Assembly: GCA_965202665.1 (NCBI GenBank)
Contig: OZ241841.1
Coordinates: 160,001 to 224,000 of the forward strand
Source: Candidatus Spongiisociaceae bacterium
GTDB taxonomy: Bacteria; Actinomycetota; Acidimicrobiia; Spongiisociales; Spongiisociaceae
Direction of reading: 5' to 3'
DNA length: 64,000 bases
In this document: positions 59,435 to 64,000 of the stretch, in pieces
How the letters are laid out: the number at the start of each line of letters is the position of its first letter
How positions within the stretch are numbered: the first letter of the stretch is position 1
Notes under the pieces: model-generated
What the model was told of the DNA's origin: nothing
What the model saw: only the letters and a program-made list of their open reading frames with translations
Databases searched by the model: none
Translations under genes and position numbers: made by a program

Positions 59435-60576
59435 AGGTAACCGAACCAGAGAAAAGTCAGATAGGCGGCGGGGATGGTGAACAGGTAGGAATCCACCCGA
59501 TCCAAAATGCCGCCGTGGCCGGGAAGGAGGGAACCCATGTCCTTGATTCCGATGGAGCGCTTTATCCCGGACTCGGCCAGATCCCCCGCCGGGCCCGCCA
59601 AACACACCACCCCGGCCAGGGTCAGCAGGGAAGCGAAAGTGAAAGGCTCCAACCATCCCAGCCGCCCCACCAAGGCGGCCACCAGCAAAGTGACCATGGA
59701 ACCTACTGCGAAACCCGCCACCGTTTTGTTGGGGGAAAGGTAGGGGGCCAAGGGGCGGTTGCCGAAGGCCCGGCCGCAGGAATAAGCGGCGATGTCGTTG
59801 AGGGCGGTCAAACCGATCACCCCGATCACCAGGGCGGCGGAGCCGGGGGCGCGGAACACGGGCAGGGCGAAGGAGGCGGGCAGGGCGATCCAGGCCGCGC
59901 CCAGCACGGTCACCGCCGTATTGGCCAACGGGAAAGGCCGGGCCGACAGGATGACCCACAGGGCGGAACCCAGCGCCACCCCCGCCATAATCCCGGCCGC
60001 TCCGAACGGGCCGGACGACCATGACACGTACAGGGCGGCCGCCGATCCCAGCAACCCCGCCAACGACAAGGGGGCGAAACCGGCGTGGCGGGAAGCCTGG
60101 TAAAACTCGTACACCGCCAACAGGACCGCCGCCGACAGGAAAAGCGTCACCCACATCGGTCCGGCGTACAAAGCCCCGAAGAAAACCACCACGATCGCCA
60201 ACCCGGTGGCCGTCCGTATGCCCAGTTCGGAGCGGCGGGCCATGTCCATGCGGGCCAGGGTTTCCGGGTCCTCCAAGTTCTCGCCGGTCATGTCCTCAAA
60301 CCCGATCACCCCCGACTCCACCCCGGGGATGGGAGCGGAAACGGCCGACTGCTGGTGCGCTTGGGCGCCGGCGGCGGCTACCTCCTCCGCCAGCCCTTGA
60401 TATTCACGCGTGCTGGAGGCCAGGTACTCCCGGTCGGTGAACCGCTCGGCCCGTTCCCCCGGAGGAGCGGATTCTTCCGGCTCCGGCGCGGAGGCGGGAG
60501 GAGGCTGAGCGGGCGGGTCCTCCTCCGGGACGGGCGGCGCCGATTGCCCGGGTCGGGGGGGGTGCGGGGCGCTCAT
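59431..60576 (-). CDS. cdsA: Phosphatidate cytidylyltransferase with acidic N-terminal extension
   Basis: D..AY..G..FG..PLAP.LSPNKT, GDLAES.IKR..GIKDMG.LLPGHGGILDRVDS. Confidence 0.94.
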   Translation of the reverse strand: MSAPHPPRPGQSAPPVPEEDPPAQPPPASAPEPEESAPPGERAERFTDREYLASSTREYQGLAEEVAAAGAQAHQQSAVSAPIPGVESGVIGFEDMTGENLEDPETLARMDMARRSELGIRTATGLAIVVVFFGALYAGPMWVTLFLSAAVLLAVYEFYQASRHAGFAPLSLAGLLGSAAALYVSWSSGPFGAAGIMAGVALGSALWVILSARPFPLANTAVTVLGAAWIALPASFALPVFRAPGSAALVIGVIGLTALNDIAAYSCGRAFGNRPLAPYLSPNKTVAGFAVGSMVTLLVAALVGRLGWLEPFTFASLLTLAGVVCLAGPAGDLAESGIKRSIGIKDMGSLLPGHGGILDRVDSYLFTIPAAYLTFLWFGYL

Positions 60577-60627
60577 GGCCGAGCGGCCCGCAACCGGAGG
60601 ACCGGAGGACGGCGACGGGGCCGGCGT

Positions 60628-61173
60628 TCAAACTTCAAGGAGTTCCCGTTCCTTGTTGCGGAGGATTTCGTCGATGCGGGCTATGTACTTGTCGTGATGT
60701 TCCTGCAATCGTTTTTCGGCCCGGCGGACATCGTCCTCCGACTCCCCCAAGTCGTTCAGGTCGTCGCGGGTGGAACGTCGGATGTTGCGGATGGACACCC
60801 GGCCTTCCTCGGCCATGTTGCGGGCCACTCGGATCAGATCCCGGCGCCGCTCCTCGGTCAAGGTCGGAAAAGCCAACCGGATCACCTGCCCGTCGTTGGA
60901 AGGGTTGAGTCCCAGGTCGGAGGCTTGAATGGCCCGTTCGATGTCGCCCAGCGCGCCGGCGTCGTAGGGATGGACCAGCAGCATCTGCGGCTCGGGAACG
61001 GTGGTGGAAGCCAACTGTTGGAGGGGGGTGGGCGCTCCGTAATAATCAACCGTCACCCGGGACAAAATGGCCGGGTTGGCCCGGCCGGTGCGCAACGTTG
61101 CAAACTCGCCCTGGGTGTGGGCGATTGCCGAAGCCATTCTTTTGGCGGCGTCTGCCAGCAGTTCGTCAAGCAT
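60628..61173 (-). CDS. frr: Ribosome recycling factor
   Basis: LRTGRANP, VDYYG.PTPL, LGLNPSNDG, LTEERRRDL, KERELLEV. Confidence 0.97.
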   Translation of the reverse strand: MLDELLADAAKRMASAIAHTQGEFATLRTGRANPAILSRVTVDYYGAPTPLQQLASTTVPEPQMLLVHPYDAGALGDIERAIQASDLGLNPSNDGQVIRLAFPTLTEERRRDLIRVARNMAEEGRVSIRNIRRSTRDDLNDLGESEDDVRRAEKRLQEHHDKYIARIDEILRNKERELLEV

Positions 61174-61198
61174 TATGTTCCGTCGCCCTCCCGCCGTC

Positions 61199-61912
61199 TC
61201 AGTGTACACGGGTGCCGATGTTCTCCCCTCGAATAACCCGTTGGATATTACCGGGGATCATCAGGCTGAAAACCACAATTGGCAGTTTGTTGTCCATGCA
61301 CATGGTAACGGCGGTGGCGTCCATTACCTGCAATCCGGAGGAAATAAAATCCATGTAACCCACTTCGTTCAGCAGGGAGGCATCGGGGTCGGTAGCCGGG
61401 TCGGCGGTGTAAATTCCGTCCACTTTGCTGGCTTTCAGCATCGCCTCCGCCCCCACTTCCACCGCGCGCAAGGCGGCGGCGGTGTCGGTGGTGAAAAAAG
61501 GGTTGCCGCTGCCCGCCGCGAAAATCACCGAACGTCCCTTGCGCAGGTGGGAGATGGCCCGCAACCGAATGTAGGGTTCGGCCAGTTGCTGCATGGTGAT
61601 GGCGGACTGCACCCGGCATTCCACCCCATGCGCCTCGATGGCGTCCCGCAGGGCCAAGGCGTTGATGACGGTGGCCAGCATTCCCATGTAGTCGGCGTTG
61701 GCGGGGTCCATGCCGGAGGCGGCCGCCGACACGCCCCGGAAAATGTTGCCGCCGCCCACCACGATCCCAATTTCAAACCCGTCTTTTTGGGCGTCGGCTA
61801 TCTCCCGGGCCACCCGTCGCACCGTGTCCGGGGAAATGCCGTAGTTCACATCCGGGTCGGCGAAGGCCTCCCCGGAAAGTTTGAGCAGAACCCGTTTCGG
61901 GCCTTGGTCCAT
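61199..61912 (-). CDS. pyrH: UMP kinase
   Basis: [53 protein letters not shown]. Confidence 0.98.
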   Translation of the reverse strand: MDQGPKRVLLKLSGEAFADPDVNYGISPDTVRRVAREIADAQKDGFEIGIVVGGGNIFRGVSAAASGMDPANADYMGMLATVINALALRDAIEAHGVECRVQSAITMQQLAEPYIRLRAISHLRKGRSVIFAAGSGNPFFTTDTAAALRAVEVGAEAMLKASKVDGIYTADPATDPDASLLNEVGYMDFISSGLQVMDATAVTMCMDNKLPIVVFSLMIPGNIQRVIRGENIGTRVH

Positions 61913-62532
61913 TACAGCTCCTGCTCGCCCACGGCGATGCGGTGAAATCGCCGCACGCTGATGTTTTCGTTCATGGAGGCGGCCAGCTCGTTGACCATGT
62001 CCCCCACCGCGCCCTCGTACTGATCGGTCTTGACGAAGTCCTGTTCGTACAGGACGTAGTCCTTGTAGAAGGAGCGGATTTTGCCTTCCACTATTTTGTC
62101 GATGATATGTTCCGGCTTGCCGGCCGCCGCCGACTCGCGGGCGATCATCTCTTTCTCCTTCTCCAATGCTTCGGCGGGAACGTCCTCCACCCGCACCCAG
62201 CGGGGACAGGCGGCGGCGATGTGCATGGCCAAGTCATGCGCCATCGCCTGGAACGGCTCGCTTTTGGCCACGAAGTCGGTTTCGGAGGCCAGCTCCACCA
62301 TCACCCCCACCGTCGGATAGCCGCCCGGCTGGTGCAGATAGTGGCCGACCGTGCCCTGGTTGGCGTCCCGGCCGGCCCGTTTCTTGACGTCGGCCAAGCC
62401 TTTCTCCCGGAGCAGGTCCTTGGCTTTGTCCATGTCGCCGTCGCATTCGACCAGGGCCTGTTTGGCGTCCATCATTCCCACGCCGGTGGCCCGGCGCAGG
62501 GTTTGCACGTCTTTGGCTGTGAACTGCGGCAT
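61912..62532 (-). CDS. tsf: Elongation factor Ts (short form)
   Basis: [42 protein letters not shown]. Confidence 0.96.
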   Translation of the reverse strand: MPQFTAKDVQTLRRATGVGMMDAKQALVECDGDMDKAKDLLREKGLADVKKRAGRDANQGTVGHYLHQPGGYPTVGVMVELASETDFVAKSEPFQAMAHDLAMHIAAACPRWVRVEDVPAEALEKEKEMIARESAAAGKPEHIIDKIVEGKIRSFYKDYVLYEQDFVKTDQYEGAVGDMVNELAASMNENISVRRFHRIAVGEQEL

Positions 62533-62544
62533 CTTTCCTCCGTA

Positions 62545-63507
62545 CTAACTTTCTTGATTTTCTGGACCGTCTTGATTTTCACGGCTGTCCTGATTGGGGA
62601 TTTCTTCTTCAGCGCCGGTCGCCTCCGCCCCGCTTTCTTCTTCGGCGCCGGTCTCCGGCGACGGTTCCGCCTCCCCGGCTTGGCCGGCGGCGGGGAGGTC
62701 TTCGGCGGGAGGGGGCTCTTCCCCTTCCCCGGCTGGTTGCGGGGCGGCCCCCGCCTGCACCGGCTCCGGTTCAACGGCTTCCCGCTCCGCGGTGGCGGCC
62801 GCCGCGGCGGCTTCCTCATCGGCCATGCGCCGCCCTTCGGCGCAGGCGGCCGCCACCGTGTTGGCTATCAGGGAGACGGCGCGGATGGCGTCGTCGTTGC
62901 CCGGAATGACGAATTCGATGTCATCGGGGTCGCAGTTGGTGTCGGTAAGGGCGATCACCGGTATTTTCAGACGGACCGCCTCCTTGACCGCTATCTGCTC
63001 GGCGTTGACATCCGCCACGAACATCGCCGAGGGGAGGGATTCCATCTCGGACACCCCGCCCAGGGCCCGTTCCAGTTGCACCAGCTCCCGGCGCAGGCGC
63101 AGGCGTTCTTTTTTGGGGAGTTGCTCCATGACCCCGGAGCTTTCCATCTCGGCCAACTCTTTCATATAGAAGATGCGGCGGTTAATGGTTTTGAAGTTGG
63201 TGAGCATTCCTCCCAGCCACCGGAAGTTGACATAGGGCATTCCGGCCGCCCCCGCCGCCTCTTCGATGGCGGACTGCACTTGGCGCTTGGTTCCCACGAA
63301 CAGCACCGTGCCGCCGCCCGCCGTCAGTTTCCGTACGAAATCGCAGGCCCGCTGGATCTCCGCCTCCGTGCGGGGCAGGTCGATGATGTGGATCCCGTTG
63401 CGCTCCCCGTAAATGTAGGGGGCCATCTTGGGGTTCCAACGGCGGGTCTGATGGCCGAAATGGACGCCCGCCGCCAGCAACTCTTTCAACATGGATGAAT
63501 CGGACAC
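62545..63507 (-). CDS. rpsB: 30S ribosomal protein S2 with acidic C-terminal extension
   Basis: LLAAGVHFGHQTRRWNPKM, RWLGGMLTNF, DTNCDPD, PGNDDAIRA. Confidence 0.98.
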   Translation of the reverse strand: MSDSSMLKELLAAGVHFGHQTRRWNPKMAPYIYGERNGIHIIDLPRTEAEIQRACDFVRKLTAGGGTVLFVGTKRQVQSAIEEAAGAAGMPYVNFRWLGGMLTNFKTINRRIFYMKELAEMESSGVMEQLPKKERLRLRRELVQLERALGGVSEMESLPSAMFVADVNAEQIAVKEAVRLKIPVIALTDTNCDPDDIEFVIPGNDDAIRAVSLIANTVAAACAEGRRMADEEAAAAAATAEREAVEPEPVQAGAAPQPAGEGEEPPPAEDLPAAGQAGEAEPSPETGAEEESGAEATGAEEEIPNQDSRENQDGPENQES

Positions 63508-63620
63508 AAATGTCCTCCTTTGATTCGGTTATTCCTCCGCTCACCCTTACCGGCGCAAACCGCCGGACCTTCCCGGGCGCAGGGCCCGACCGCGGAAGGG
63601 CGCGGTGAACGTGCGTAGTC
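63508..63620 (-). promoter_or_regulatory. Probable structured rpsB 5' leader (t44/S2 autoregulatory type)
   Basis: About 110-nt GC-rich leader with hairpins (ACCGCG..CGCGGT, CCGGCG..CGCCGG) and GGAGGAATAACC before the SD, resembling the conserved 3' part of rpsB leaders. Confidence 0.5.
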
Positions 63621-63635
63621 GCCCCGTTAGGGACG

Positions 63636-63682
63636 CCCCTATATTAGGGGCATACTGATGACCCCTATATTAGGGGCATACT
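63636..63682. repeat. Direct repeat of 21 bp (CCCCTATATTAGGGGCATACT x2, 26-bp period), each with an internal inverted repeat
   Basis: Copies at 63636-63656 and 63662-63682; each contains CCCCTA-TAT-TAGGGG. Confidence 0.9.
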
Positions 63683-63705
63683 AGGGTGCTTGGCGGGGTA
63701 TGGGT

Positions 63706-64000
63706 TCAGGCCCGCGGGTGACTGAGATCGTAGGTGTTGCGCAGGTGGTGGCGGGTGGTGGAAGTGTAAATCTGGGTGGTGCCCAGCTCCACATGCCCCA
63801 GCAGTTGCTGCACCGAGGCCAGATCGGCTCCGCCTTCCAGCAGATGGGTGGCGAAGGAGTGGCGCAGGGCGTGGGGGAATGTGCCGGCCCGGGTTCTCAC
63901 CACCCGGTACAGGCTGCGGGGGCTCATCGGCGTTCCCCGCCCCCCTATCCACAGCGCGGGACTGGCCCGACCCGCCAGCAATGCGGGCCGCCCGTGCCGC
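63706..64000 (-). CDS. xerC: Tyrosine recombinase XerC (only the C-terminal part lies in the window)
   Basis: [29 protein letters not shown]. Position upstream of rpsB-tsf fits actinobacterial xerC. Confidence 0.85.
   Translation of the reverse strand, partial: RHGRPALLAGRASPALWIGGRGTPMSPRSLYRVVRTRAGTFPHALRHSFATHLLEGGADLASVQQLLGHVELGTTQIYTSTTRHHLRNTYDLSHPRA

Noticed and set aside
61912-62532. Short EF-Ts as a truncated pseudogene
   Set aside because: An EF-Ts form of about 200 aa is established in several phyla, and both terminal motifs are present.
63636-63682. dif site next to xerC
   Set aside because: It lacks the conserved XerD arm (TTATGT-AA-T type) and the 11-6-11 dif layout.
63706-64000. 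Tyrosine recombinase as a mobile-element integrase
   Set aside because: The motifs and the position next to rpsB fit chromosomal XerC.

Overview
High-GC bacterial chromosome segment, inferred to be a basal actinomycete such as Acidimicrobiia. That inference rests on the F420 cofG/cofH genes, a Prim-PolC-like polymerase, a DUF3052 gene, an Actino-pnp-type leader, many TANNNT leaderless starts and a full mreBCD-mrdA-rodA cluster. Most of the window is housekeeping: trkAH, proB-obgE-rpmA-rplU-rne, the rod-shape cluster, ndk-folC, four tRNAs (Gly, Pro, Leu, Lys), ffh-rpsP-khpA-rimM...trmD-rplS-lepB, upp-pdp, etfBA, rpsO-pnp, gatCAB, rimP-nusA-infB-rbfA-nrnA-truB-ribF, proS, ispG-rseP-dxr-cdsA-frr-pyrH-tsf-rpsB and a partial xerC. 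Three small lower-GC accessory patches are present. The first is a HEPN/MNT toxin-antitoxin pair at about 2.5-3.4 kb. The second is a scar with nuclease remnants at about 34.5-35.4 kb. The third is an island at about 43.3-45.3 kb with a small ORF, a YwgA/SocA-like ORF, a truncated HD-dNTPase stub and a DUF3800 gene coupled to ribF. The most notable observations are that island, a CofH carrying an apparently dead CofG-like domain next to an intact cofG, a 9-unit RRDDRGG tail on PNPase, two candidate non-AUG starts (ATA for pdp, ACG for folC), A/C-rich codons at operon 3' ends and a probable inversion of the rpsO-gatB block. All family calls come from motif recognition by eye; no database searches were run.
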